A DNA stretch of 64,000 bases from Methanotrichaceae archaeon (GTDB lineage: Archaea > Halobacteriota > Methanosarcinia > Methanotrichales > Methanotrichaceae), in NCBI GenBank assembly GCA_963748825.1, contig CAVVKN010000009.1, positions 64,001 through 128,000 of the forward strand, read 5' to 3'. This document shows positions 9,460 through 19,625 of the stretch, in pieces. The notes beneath the pieces were generated by a model. The model was not told where the DNA came from, searched no databases, and was given only the letters and a program-made list of their open reading frames with translations. Position numbers and translations under genes: made by a program. Every line of letters starts with the position of its first letter. Position 1 is the stretch's first letter.

Positions 9460-11832
9460 TTGAGTATGCAAGCATACAAGACCTTTCCCGTTGATCCCGT
9501 CCTGAGAAGGCGAGCTGAGGACGAAGTAGGGAAGAATAGTCGCTCCGCCTGTCTTTCTGAGATGGATGTTCGGGCGCTCTGCCATGAGCTAGAGGTGAGC
9601 CAGGTCGAGCTGCAATTGCAAAACGAGGAGCTGCAGAGTATAACGGCAGAGCTTGCAGCATCTGAGAAGAAGTATAGGGACCTTTATGAGTTCGCACCCA
9701 TAGGCTACCTGACTGTGGAGCCTTCCGGAAAGATTCGTGAGGCAAATCTGGCTGCCGCTACTCTCCTGGGGACGGAGCGAGCACACCTGTTGGACAATCT
9801 ATTTCAGGCCTACCTGGCGGAAGACAGCCTTTCTAAGTTCAATGCTTTTTGCAGCCGCGTGATCGCGTCGGATGCAAAAGAGATTGCAGAGGTCCATCTG
9901 AGAAGCAATGGAACGAAAGAGAAAGATAATGGTTGGGCTTTGATCGAGGGCTGGGCCATCTCAGGAAGCGACAACCACGGTTTTCGGATGGCAGTCATCG
10001 ACATAACCGAGCGCAAGGAGGCAGAAATTCCCTTGCAGGTTGCCAAAGAGTATGCGGAAAATCTGATCCAGACAGCTAATGCCATAGTAATCGGATTAGA
10101 TATGAATAGAGACATCACCGTCTTCAATCAGGCCGCCGAAAAAATCACGGGTTATAGCAAAGCGGAACTGGAAAACCGTAGTTGGCTTGATGTGGTTGTC
10201 CCAAGAGATCGCAATCCTGGGGCCTGGTCCATTTTTGAGCGTTTGAAGTATGGCGACTTGCCAAGGAACTCTGAGAGTACCATCCTGACCAAGTCCGGCC
10301 AGGAACGCTATATTGTCTGGCAGAACACCCTTGTTCGCGAGCGGGACCAGATTGTAGGCACAGTGTCCTTTGGGATTGATATCACCGATCGTAAGTTAGC
10401 AGAGGAGGCCCTGCAGAAAAGCGAGCGATCCTACCGCCTGCTTGCCGAAAACGTGACTGATGTAATCTGGACCATGGATATGGACCTGAAGTTCACCTAT
10501 CTCAGCCCTTCTATTATTCGCACAATTGGCTACAGCGTTGAGGAAGCAACTCAGTTAACGCTGGATAAACTCATTACACCAAGTTCTCTAAGTATGATCA
10601 AGCAGGTTTTTGCAGAAGAGATGGAGAAGGAAAGAAATCCGCAAAAGGACCTTTCCAGATCGCGAATCATCGAGGCCGAAGAATATTGTAAAGACGGCCG
10701 TACCATCTGGGTGGAGGTCAAGGTTTCATTTCTGCGCGATCAAGAAGGTCAAGCCGTTGGCATGCAAGGGATCTCGCGTGACATTACAGACCGCAAGAAG
10801 GCGGAGAGAGATCTCATTGAGTCGGAGGCTAAATACAGAACCATCTTTGAAAATACCGGAAATGCGGCGGTCATCCTGGAGGAAGACACCACTATCTCCC
10901 TTGCCAATGCGGAGGCTGAGAAAATCTTCGGCTACATAGCCACAGAAGTTGTGGGCAAGAGAAAATGGACGGAATTCATTTTCAAAGAAGACCTCAAAAT
11001 CATGAAGAAGTATCATGACTTGAGGAGATCTGATCCGTTGTCTGTCCCTCGAAACTATGAGTTCAGGTTAATCGACGGACTGGGAAAAATCAGACACATA
11101 TTCATGACCATAGCCATGATTCCGGGAACAAAGCAGAGCGTAGCATCTCTTTTAGATATAACAGAACGAAAAACCGCGGAGGAGAAGCTTAAGGCCTCAT
11201 TGGTGGAAAAAGAGATGCTTCTCAAGGAGGTTCATCACAGGGTCAAGAACAACCTTCAGGTGGTCTCCAGCCTGCTGAGCCTGCAGTCCCAAAGTGTAAC
11301 GGACAAGCAAACCCCCAATATACTCCAGGAGAGCCAAAACCGCATTAAGTCCATGGCAATGATCCATGAGAAACTATATAGGTCTAAAGACATAGCGAAA
11401 ATCAACTTTTCCGAGTACATCCGGAGTCTGTCAGCAAATCTCATAAGGTCTTATGACTCCGTTTCTGGCGGAGTCAGACTCGATCTAAATGTCGAGGATA
11501 TCTATTTAGGAATAGATGCCGCAATTCCATGCGGACTCATCATTAATGAGCTGGTTTCAAACTCGCTAAAGCATGCTTTTCCAGAAGGCTGCAAAAGCTG
11601 TAAAGGCGAGATGTCCATAGAGTTTCTCCGAATTGATAATAATAAGTTCATGCTGAGCGTCAGCGATAACGGCATTGGCATTTCGAAAGATAAGGATTTT
11701 CGGCAGACAGAATCACTTGGCCTGCAGCTGGTGAGAATCCTGACCGATCAACTCGGCGGAACCATCGAGCTATCCCGGAGCTTTGGAACGGAGTTTAAAA
11801 TCACATTCTCTGAATCTGAAAGGGACAGGTAG
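9460..11832 (+). CDS. Multi-PAS sensor histidine kinase (HisKA_2 type)
   Basis: Four PAS/PAC units ending DIT(E/D)RK; EVHHRVKNNLQ H-box, NELVSNSLKHAF, DNGIG, SLGL. Confidence 0.93.
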   Translation: MSMQAYKTFPVDPVLRRRAEDEVGKNSRSACLSEMDVRALCHELEVSQVELQLQNEELQSITAELAASEKKYRDLYEFAPIGYLTVEPSGKIREANLAAATLLGTERAHLLDNLFQAYLAEDSLSKFNAFCSRVIASDAKEIAEVHLRSNGTKEKDNGWALIEGWAISGSDNHGFRMAVIDITERKEAEIPLQVAKEYAENLIQTANAIVIGLDMNRDITVFNQAAEKITGYSKAELENRSWLDVVVPRDRNPGAWSIFERLKYGDLPRNSESTILTKSGQERYIVWQNTLVRERDQIVGTVSFGIDITDRKLAEEALQKSERSYRLLAENVTDVIWTMDMDLKFTYLSPSIIRTIGYSVEEATQLTLDKLITPSSLSMIKQVFAEEMEKERNPQKDLSRSRIIEAEEYCKDGRTIWVEVKVSFLRDQEGQAVGMQGISRDITDRKKAERDLIESEAKYRTIFENTGNAAVILEEDTTISLANAEAEKIFGYIATEVVGKRKWTEFIFKEDLKIMKKYHDLRRSDPLSVPRNYEFRLIDGLGKIRHIFMTIAMIPGTKQSVASLLDITERKTAEEKLKASLVEKEMLLKEVHHRVKNNLQVVSSLLSLQSQSVTDKQTPNILQESQNRIKSMAMIHEKLYRSKDIAKINFSEYIRSLSANLIRSYDSVSGGVRLDLNVEDIYLGIDAAIPCGLIINELVSNSLKHAFPEGCKSCKGEMSIEFLRIDNNKFMLSVSDNGIGISKDKDFRQTESLGLQLVRILTDQLGGTIELSRSFGTEFKITFSESERDR

Positions 11833-11837
11833 GATAA

Positions 11838-13595
11838 ATGGCAAAGATACTGGTTGTTGAAGATGAGAGCATCGTGGCCATGGACATAAAAAATAGGCTG
11901 ATGCGCCTTGGTTACGAGGTTCCATCTACAGCCTATGCAGGAGAAGAGGCTGTGGAAAAGGCCACCAAGATACGCCCGGACCTGGTGCTCATGGACATCA
12001 TGCTGCGAGGCGAGATGGACGGCATCGAGGCTGCCAGGCTGATCCACGAACGCCTGGATATTCCCGTAGTGTACCTTACTGCATTTTCAGATGAAGATAC
12101 ACTGCAAAGAGCCAAAATAACCGGCCCGTTCGGCTACATAATAAAACCCTTTGAGGATCGAGAATTACACGTCGCTCTGGAGATAGCACTTTACAAGCAC
12201 CGGATAGAGAAGAACCTGAAAGAGAGCGAAATGCATCTGAGAGCGGCCCGAGACAATTTGGAGATCCGGGTACAGGAAAGGACGAATGAGCTGGCAGCGG
12301 TAAACAAAGATCTTATGGAAGAAATAGAAGAGCGCAAAAAGGCAGAAGAGGCATTACATCACAAGATGGAATTTGAGAATATTATCACGGCTCTTTCGAC
12401 GAATTTCATTAATTTGGGGTTGGAGAAGATCGATGAAGGAATAAATGATGCACTGAAACGGGTAGGGACTTTTTCTGATGTCGATAGATGCTATACATTC
12501 CAATTCTCTGATGACATGACCAAAATGGACAACACCTATGAATGGTGTGCCGAAGGAATCGTTCCGCAGATAGATAACCTGAAAGACCTTTCCATTGAAG
12601 ACTTCTCCTGGTGGATGGATAAGCTCCGACTACTTGAGAATATTTATATACCAAGAGTTGCCGACATGCCGCCAGAGGCAAAAGCTGAAAAGGAGATTCT
12701 GCAGTCCCAATCAATCCAATCCCTAATCGTAATTCCGATGGTCAGCGACGGAAGACTCATGGGATACGTTGGCTTTGACTCTGTGCGAGACGAGAAAGCA
12801 TGGTCAGATGAGGACATCAAACTGCTCAAAATCGCAGGAGAGCTTTTAACAAACGTGCTAAGACTCAAGCTAGTAGAATCCGAGAAAGCCCGCCTCATAA
12901 AAGAACTTGGGACGAAGAATGCTGAGATGGAGAGATTCACTTACACAGTCTCTCACGACCTCAGAAGTCCCCTTATTACAATCCAGGGCTTCCTGGGCTT
13001 CTTAAAAAAAGATATAAAACAAATAGAGGATAATAAGAGCGATACAGACATCAAGATGATCGAAAATGCGGTTAAAAAAATGGACGCACTCTTATCAAAC
13101 ACGCTGGAGCTATCTCGCATCGGACGAGTTACAAATCCGCCCGAAATTGTATCTTATGAAGAGATTGTAGCAGATTCGCTGGCCCAGCTAGCAGAGAAGA
13201 TCAGATCTAGCGGAATTAGTGTCCTTGTTGCAAAAGAGCTGCCTCAGGTTTACGTGGACCGCATGAGGATTATGGAGGTCCTCGTAAATCTGATTGAAAA
13301 CAGTATAAAGTATATTGGAGATCAGACGGACCCCAAAGTTGAAATCGGCTACGATGCCGATAAAGAGAAGCCGGTCTTCTTTGTACGCGATAACGGTATA
13401 GGCATAGATCCGAGCCAACACGAAAAGGTCTTTGGACTCTTCTACAAGCTAGACAAGAAGAGCGAAGGCAGTGGCGCAGGGCTGGCAATTGTCAAGAGAA
13501 TCCTCGAGGTGCATGGGGGCCTTGTATGGATAGAATCTGAGGAGGGAGAAGGATGCAAAATCTGCTTTACACTTCCATTGGCTAGAAAAATATAA
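11838..13595 (+). CDS. Hybrid sensor histidine kinase (REC-coiled coil-GAF-HisKA-HATPase)
   Basis: N-terminal REC domain; GAF; SHDLRSPL H-box, [20 protein letters not shown]. Confidence 0.93.
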   Translation: MAKILVVEDESIVAMDIKNRLMRLGYEVPSTAYAGEEAVEKATKIRPDLVLMDIMLRGEMDGIEAARLIHERLDIPVVYLTAFSDEDTLQRAKITGPFGYIIKPFEDRELHVALEIALYKHRIEKNLKESEMHLRAARDNLEIRVQERTNELAAVNKDLMEEIEERKKAEEALHHKMEFENIITALSTNFINLGLEKIDEGINDALKRVGTFSDVDRCYTFQFSDDMTKMDNTYEWCAEGIVPQIDNLKDLSIEDFSWWMDKLRLLENIYIPRVADMPPEAKAEKEILQSQSIQSLIVIPMVSDGRLMGYVGFDSVRDEKAWSDEDIKLLKIAGELLTNVLRLKLVESEKARLIKELGTKNAEMERFTYTVSHDLRSPLITIQGFLGFLKKDIKQIEDNKSDTDIKMIENAVKKMDALLSNTLELSRIGRVTNPPEIVSYEEIVADSLAQLAEKIRSSGISVLVAKELPQVYVDRMRIMEVLVNLIENSIKYIGDQTDPKVEIGYDADKEKPVFFVRDNGIGIDPSQHEKVFGLFYKLDKKSEGSGAGLAIVKRILEVHGGLVWIESEEGEGCKICFTLPLARKI

Positions 13596-13640
13596 ATATA
13601 AAGAGAGTCAGTGGTTAAGGGGGTGGGGGGGCAAAATAAA

Positions 13641-14081
13641 ATGGTAAATAAATTAGCAACAGTTTTGCTTGTAGAAGATGATGAGACACATGCAATACTT
13701 ATAATGAGGTCCTTTGAAGGAATGGGCGTGGAAAAAATCCAATGGGTCAGCGATGGCGAGCAAGCGATGGACTATCTGCAGCATCGAGGATTATACGCTG
13801 ATAAGGAGAAAAGCCCTCGTCCAGATGTGATACTGCTTGACCTGCGTCTTCCCAAGCTCAGTGGACACGAGGTTCTAAAACAAATTAAAAGCCTCGAAGA
13901 ACTTAGAGCGATCCCTGTGGTGATTCTTACGACCTCCAAAAATGAATATGATATAGCCAAAGCGTATCTGAATCATGCCAACAGCTATCTTGTAAAACCG
14001 CTCGGATTGGATAAGTTTCAGGAAATGGTGAAAGAGATAGAGGTCTATTGGCTAGAGTGGAACCAAACGCACTCATCGTGA
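13641..14081 (+). CDS. Single-domain response regulator (Rcp1/CheY-like)
   Basis: LLVEDD, LLDLRLPK, ILTTS, ANSYLVKP and YWL motifs. Confidence 0.93.
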   Translation: MVNKLATVLLVEDDETHAILIMRSFEGMGVEKIQWVSDGEQAMDYLQHRGLYADKEKSPRPDVILLDLRLPKLSGHEVLKQIKSLEELRAIPVVILTTSKNEYDIAKAYLNHANSYLVKPLGLDKFQEMVKEIEVYWLEWNQTHSS

Positions 14082-14188
14082 GGATAAATGGTAGAACATA
14101 ACTCATTTAAAAATAAGAATTCGTAAGTGTATGTAATGTCAATAATAATCCTAAGAAGATTGTAGGCTAATGAGAAAGGTGGCAAAGA

Positions 14189-14953
14189 ATGACAGAACCT
14201 GAGAGTGAAAACAGCTCAGAAAAAATTGTTTTGCTGGTTGAGGATGAAGAGTCCCATGCGGAATTGATACGCAGGGTATTCGAAGAGAAAAATCCATCCT
14301 GGCGAATCGACCATACGTCGAGCATTAAAGATGCTATTAGATGGTTAGACGCCAATATTAAAAAAATTCCCTTCCTGGTTATCTCCGATTACAATCTCCC
14401 CGATGGCACCGGCTTAGAGCTGGCAAAAAATGCCAGGGTCCCAGAAGAAGTTGGCTTTCCGCTCATTATCCTTACTGGCTTAGGCTCGGAAAAATTAGCC
14501 GTGCAAGCCCTCAAATCAGGTGTTATGGATTACGTTGTGAAGGATACAGAGGATATCAACTTGCTTCCCCGAACTGCAATACATGCAATTCGGAAATGGA
14601 ATCTGATTATGCAAAGAAAAAATATCGAGAATGAATTGGGAAAATGTATTGACGAGCTCGAAGAAAGCACCAGCAATCTGGATGACATTGTAGATACGAT
14701 TTCCCAAGAATTGCTGAGATCAACATCATCAATCCGGGATTTTTCAATATCCTTTATGGAAAATTATGCAGACAAATTGGACGATAATGATAAATATACT
14801 TTATTAAATATAAAAAATTCAACTCAAAAAGCAACAATTGGCATCAACAGCCTCATAAAATTTATGATTCCAGTATTCTTTGATAGCACATTGATCAATG
14901 TGTATAAAATCAAACTTGACGAATTAAGAAAAGGAGCAAAATGTAAAGTTTAA
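14189..14953 (+). CDS. Response regulator: REC domain plus degenerate HisKA-like tail; paralogue of 6423-7214
   Basis: Shares ISDYNLPDG, PEEVGFPLIILTG.GSEKLAV, YADKLDD and P.(Y/F)FDS.LI..Y..KLD with 6423-7214. Confidence 0.85.
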   Translation: MTEPESENSSEKIVLLVEDEESHAELIRRVFEEKNPSWRIDHTSSIKDAIRWLDANIKKIPFLVISDYNLPDGTGLELAKNARVPEEVGFPLIILTGLGSEKLAVQALKSGVMDYVVKDTEDINLLPRTAIHAIRKWNLIMQRKNIENELGKCIDELEESTSNLDDIVDTISQELLRSTSSIRDFSISFMENYADKLDDNDKYTLLNIKNSTQKATIGINSLIKFMIPVFFDSTLINVYKIKLDELRKGAKCKV

Positions 14954-14999
14954 AATTAGAATATAAAAATATATATTGCCATTCCCCATCTCATTCTCG

Positions 15000-16184
15000 T
15001 TAAAAGGTATTTATATACCTGTAAATCAATCTATTTTTCTTGAGATTCAAACACCTTCTGGCTGCCTGGGCCACATTCTCCCTATCTTCATCCCGACTGT
15101 AGATCCCGAAGCGCCAGGTAGCCCTGTGCGCTCTCTCCAGGATGCTGACCAGAGGTGACACCTCTCGTAGTGGCCTGACCTCTTCCTCAACAAGTGCAGG
15201 AAAGTTTCCCTCCGGTGTATCAGGAAGCGTTGGATTGTCCACCAGAATGTAATCTGCATCTACTCCCGCCTCATGGGCAATCTCCTGGGCCAGCATCTTT
15301 TCGCTTACCCTGAGAATTGATGGATCCAGGCACTCCAGGCCGACATACACAGCCCGCTTAAAAATTCTCCGAGATCGGATGCGAGAGGCCATCTCAGCCG
15401 CATAACCGCCCGATCCATCCAGGGAATTGAAGAGCTGGATGTCATCCATATCTTTTATGGCAGTTGCACTGGTTCCCTCCTCAATCATGCGCCGGATGGC
15501 GGCGGAGATCATACACTCCGAGATGCGACAGACATGATGGTAATAAACGGATGGGTGCATGAGCAGCCTGGAAATGAGCAGGGATGTCGCCGCCTGCACG
15601 CCTCCTGCTTCCACTACGAGCTGTCCGCCGTGAAGGGTCATCTTTTGCAATAGACGCAATCGATCTATCACTCCGTAGGCCACGCCCGTGTAGTGAGCAT
15701 CCCGGATCAGGTAGTCCATCCTATCCACATCTATCTCGCCGCTCACGATCTGCCCCAGACCAACACCATTTATGGCGGCCTGGATATCGTAGGCTTTTAG
15801 GCCGTAGTTATCTAAAACCTCACGAAGCTCGCTTCTCTTTAAAAGATCTACGATGCTCTCGTGATCCTTTCGTAGGTATGGGGCAAGGGCCGCCTCCGTG
15901 GCATGGGAGAGCGGACCGTGGCCCACGTCGTGCAGAAGTGCCGCGGCGCACACCAACATCTTATCCTTTTCTTGCAGGCCCAGATGGTTCGCGAGCAGAT
16001 CAGCCAGATGATAGGCTCCCAGGCTGTGCTCGAAGCGAGTGTGATTGGCTCCGGGATAGACCAGGCTGGCCAGGCCGAGCTGCTTAATCCAGCGCAGCCG
16101 CTGCATCTGGGGCGTGTCCGCCAGTTCCAGGGCAAGGCCCTCCAGCAACACATAGCCGTGCACGGGGTCTCGGATCTCGGTCAT
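15000..16184 (-). CDS. HD-domain phosphohydrolase (SAMHD1-like dNTP triphosphohydrolase family)
   Basis: RDPVHG, QRLRWIKQLG, HTRFEHSLG, LLHDVGH, DVDRMDYLIRD and VYYH motifs. Confidence 0.9.
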   Translation of the reverse strand: MTEIRDPVHGYVLLEGLALELADTPQMQRLRWIKQLGLASLVYPGANHTRFEHSLGAYHLADLLANHLGLQEKDKMLVCAAALLHDVGHGPLSHATEAALAPYLRKDHESIVDLLKRSELREVLDNYGLKAYDIQAAINGVGLGQIVSGEIDVDRMDYLIRDAHYTGVAYGVIDRLRLLQKMTLHGGQLVVEAGGVQAATSLLISRLLMHPSVYYHHVCRISECMISAAIRRMIEEGTSATAIKDMDDIQLFNSLDGSGGYAAEMASRIRSRRIFKRAVYVGLECLDPSILRVSEKMLAQEIAHEAGVDADYILVDNPTLPDTPEGNFPALVEEEVRPLREVSPLVSILERAHRATWRFGIYSRDEDRENVAQAARRCLNLKKNRLIYRYINTF

Positions 16185-16654
16185 CAGGCATAACCGTGAA
16201 TCTCCTGCATTAAATACTGTTCTGGATGCCTTTTTGGGAAGAGAGTGGAAACATTTATATCGTGGGATCGATACTGCGTCGAGCTTCAGATACAGTCAAC
16301 TGTCGCCCTAAAAGGAATCTGTGCAGAATTCCCAGACCATTCGGGTCAAGTGTTGTTGTCCCGATAGCAGGACGCCGGTTAGCATGAGGTTTGCGAACCT
16401 TGAAAAAGAACAATATTCATACTGGTGTGTTTGGCGTGAAAATGGCCGGAAATTATCTCGCTCGCCGTCGCCAGTTGTCCATTCAAGGCAGCTTGGAAAT
16501 TTCTTTTTTAGCCATTGCCAGGATGCGGATCCAACCTCGGGCTTTGTCGGGCATTGGTGTGATAAGAGAGCAAATGCTAAGAGGGATTGATTCCTTTTGG
16601 GCAGAGTCCATCGCTCCTCTTTAAAATTTGGAATTTGACTTATGATCCGGAGGG

Positions 16655-18229
16655 GTGCAAACGAAACTTCCAATCGTCTTTGATATCATCGGCACTGTGC
16701 TCAAGATCATCGGGCTGCTGCTCTTAGTGCCGGGATTAGTCTGTGCCTATTACCACGAAACCAGTGGGGTAGTCGCCTTTGCTCTGACGGCTCTGCTCTC
16801 TATATGCACGGGCATCATCATCAGCCGCCGGGGAAAGAAAGGAGAGGTAGGAAATAAAGAAGCCTTTGCAGCCGTCTCTTTGGGTTGGCTTGCTGCCACC
16901 TTCTTCGGCTCTTTGCCCTTTGTGTTTCAGGGGCTAAGCCTGATCGATGCCCTCTTCGAGTCGGTATCAGGCTTCTCGGCAACCGGAGCTACAATTCTAA
17001 GTGAAGCAAACGCTCAAGGGTACTACATTGTAAATTCCACGCTGGTCGATAACAGCATCTGCATCGCTCTTATGAACAACCTGGACCGAACACTAGCCAG
17101 CGGAGGATACGAGGTCGCCTTCTCGGTCGTGAATAACCATACTTTTTACGGCCTGCTCTTCTGGCGCTCCTTCCAGCAGCTCATTGGAGGCCTGGGCATA
17201 ATTCTCATGGTAGTTGCCATCTTTCCACAACTACGCGTGGCCGGCCGCCAGCTTTACCGGGCCGAGACGGTGGGGCCGAGCAAGGATACTATCACGCCGC
17301 GTGCCACGGCCACAGCCAGAATTCTCTGGAAGGTGTATCTGCTCTTCAATGGCCTGGAGATAATACTACTCTACGCCGCAGGCATGCCTTTTTACGATGC
17401 GGTCTGCACTGCTTTTTCTACCCTTGCTACCGGCGGCTTCTCTCCCCAGGCATCCAGCCTCGTAGCCTACAAGAGCCCCATCATCGAAGCAATTGTTGCC
17501 ATGTTCATCATCCTGGGCATGTCCAGCTTCACCCTGCATTACAAAGTCCTAACTTCGGACAGACTGGCCTGGCTTAAGGACGAGGAGTTTCGGTTCATGC
17601 TCTTTATCCTGGCCATTGCCACAGCGGTTCTGCTGCTCGCAGGTGGAATAGAGGGAGATCTGGCAACCAAATTCAGATTCGCGTCCTTCCAGGTAATATC
17701 CTTCATGGGAACTTGCGGCTTTGCAAATACCATGGATTATGATAAATGGTCCACCGCGGCAAAGCTGGCTTTGATCATGGTCATGCTCATCGGCGGCTGC
17801 ATCGGCTCGACCGCAGGAGGCATAAAGGTGGGCAGATTCTTAGTAGACTGCAAATACGCTTACAATGAGCTATTTCATATGCTTCATCCTCATGCTCTCA
17901 TGTCTGTCCGGTTGGGAGATACAAGGGTACAGGAGGACATCCTGCGGCCCATGCTCTTCTACTCGTTCTTCTACCTGGCAGTATGGTTGACTTTATCTTT
18001 GGGACTGGCCATGGTAAGTAGCGGAGATCCGCGCGTGGATTTGCAGGTGGTGGCCTCGGGCATAGCCTCCTGCATGGGAGGCGTGGGCCCGGCCTATGGC
18101 ATCATAACCTTTGACTGGTCACAAATAGGAGCTGCCGGCAAGATGATAGGCTTTTTCGCCATGTACATCGGTCGGTTGGAGCTGATGCCCGTATTCCTAT
18201 TATTTATACCTGAATTATGGAGGAAATGA
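16655..18229 (+). CDS. trkH: TrkH-family potassium uptake membrane protein (divergent copy)
   Basis: FESVSGFSATG, LLFWRS, ATGGFS, GSTAGGIK and YIGRLE motifs. Confidence 0.9.
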   Translation: MQTKLPIVFDIIGTVLKIIGLLLLVPGLVCAYYHETSGVVAFALTALLSICTGIIISRRGKKGEVGNKEAFAAVSLGWLAATFFGSLPFVFQGLSLIDALFESVSGFSATGATILSEANAQGYYIVNSTLVDNSICIALMNNLDRTLASGGYEVAFSVVNNHTFYGLLFWRSFQQLIGGLGIILMVVAIFPQLRVAGRQLYRAETVGPSKDTITPRATATARILWKVYLLFNGLEIILLYAAGMPFYDAVCTAFSTLATGGFSPQASSLVAYKSPIIEAIVAMFIILGMSSFTLHYKVLTSDRLAWLKDEEFRFMLFILAIATAVLLLAGGIEGDLATKFRFASFQVISFMGTCGFANTMDYDKWSTAAKLALIMVMLIGGCIGSTAGGIKVGRFLVDCKYAYNELFHMLHPHALMSVRLGDTRVQEDILRPMLFYSFFYLAVWLTLSLGLAMVSSGDPRVDLQVVASGIASCMGGVGPAYGIITFDWSQIGAAGKMIGFFAMYIGRLELMPVFLLFIPELWRK

Positions 18230-18230
18230 T

Positions 18231-19544
18231 ATGCGTATTCTTATCACCGGAGCTGGCGAGGTGGGCTTTCTCATAGCCAGCGAGCTTCATGCCGATCACG
18301 ATGTTACCGTCATAGACAAGGATCCTGGGGCCTGTGCCCGTCTGCAGGATATGGATGTGAAGGTTTTGCAGGGCAATTCTGCCAATGCCCGTCTTCTTCA
18401 GGAGGCCGGCATCAAGAAAGCGGACATAGTGGTAGCTGTTACCGGCAATGACGAGGTGAATGTAATCACCTGCATCGTAGCCAGCCACCTCGGCGTGCGC
18501 CAGACCATTGCCAGAGTCAGCAATCCTGAGTATATTGATCAACCGGTTCAGGATCGAAAAGAGATAGGCATAAGCTATATGATCTGTCCGGAGCTGGCCA
18601 TGGCCGAAGATATGGCGAGGTCCCTCTACTTCACATCCATGCTCATGAATCGAGATCTTGCCAATGGGCTGGTTGAGCTAATAGAGTTCAAGGCGACAGA
18701 AGAGATGAACATCCTGGGCCCCATCGAGGATGTCAGTCTGCCCAAGAGCTGCAATATCGTGGCCATTAACCGGGTAGGAGAGATCTTCATACCGAAGAAG
18801 GGGGATGCCGTCCAGCTCAATGATCACCTCATGCTGCTTTGCGACGCCAAAATCCTCCCCAGCCTGAGGCAGATGCTGCACGAGTCTCAAAGCTCTCCGA
18901 AGGTTATGATCGTAGGCGGCGGAATGGTCGGTTTCTATCTCGCCAATAGACTGGAGAAGATGGGGGTGGACGTCAAGCTGATCGAGCGGAATGCAGAGCG
19001 CTGCAGCGAAATCGCAGATAGGCTCTCCGATACAATGATCCTGAATGGCGACGGCTCAGACCTGGCGCTTCTCCGCGAGGAAGAGGCAGGCAAGATGGAT
19101 GTGGTCTTCGCTGTGACCGGCCAGGATGATAAGAACCTGCTCTGCTCTCTGCTGGTAAAACAGCTCGGCGCCAAGAAGATTCTATCCAGGGTCAACCGGA
19201 GCGTCTACATCAAGCTCTTTGAGATGGTGGGCGTGGATAGAGCAGTGAGCCCCGGACAGGTGACTGCCGACGCTGTGCTGCAGAGGGTAATTGGAGGAGA
19301 AGAAGTGATCACCCTGAGCGACGAGAGGATGGAGCTGGTGGATTTCATCGCTCGGCCGGGGGCCAAGATCATAGGCAAGACCATTTCCAAGGAGCTGCCC
19401 AAAGACTCGCTGGCAGGTCTGGTTATAAGAGACGGCATCCCCCTGGTGCCAGCAGAAGACTTCAAGGCCGCAGTTGGAGATCGTATCTTCGTGATGTCCA
19501 TGCCGCAGGTTGTCTCCAAGGTGAAAAAGCTATTTGTCACCTGA
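18231..19544 (+). CDS. trkA: Trk system potassium uptake protein TrkA
   Basis: Two RCK domains (GAGEVG, GGGMVG) between two trkH genes. Confidence 0.95.
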   Translation: MRILITGAGEVGFLIASELHADHDVTVIDKDPGACARLQDMDVKVLQGNSANARLLQEAGIKKADIVVAVTGNDEVNVITCIVASHLGVRQTIARVSNPEYIDQPVQDRKEIGISYMICPELAMAEDMARSLYFTSMLMNRDLANGLVELIEFKATEEMNILGPIEDVSLPKSCNIVAINRVGEIFIPKKGDAVQLNDHLMLLCDAKILPSLRQMLHESQSSPKVMIVGGGMVGFYLANRLEKMGVDVKLIERNAERCSEIADRLSDTMILNGDGSDLALLREEEAGKMDVVFAVTGQDDKNLLCSLLVKQLGAKKILSRVNRSVYIKLFEMVGVDRAVSPGQVTADAVLQRVIGGEEVITLSDERMELVDFIARPGAKIIGKTISKELPKDSLAGLVIRDGIPLVPAEDFKAAVGDRIFVMSMPQVVSKVKKLFVT

Positions 19545-19625
19545 TGCACATCTTTTTTATAGCAAGAGAGGAGGGTGATTTGGCCTAATGGAGGATGCTC
19601 TCCATCCGCGGAGCAGCATTATTCA

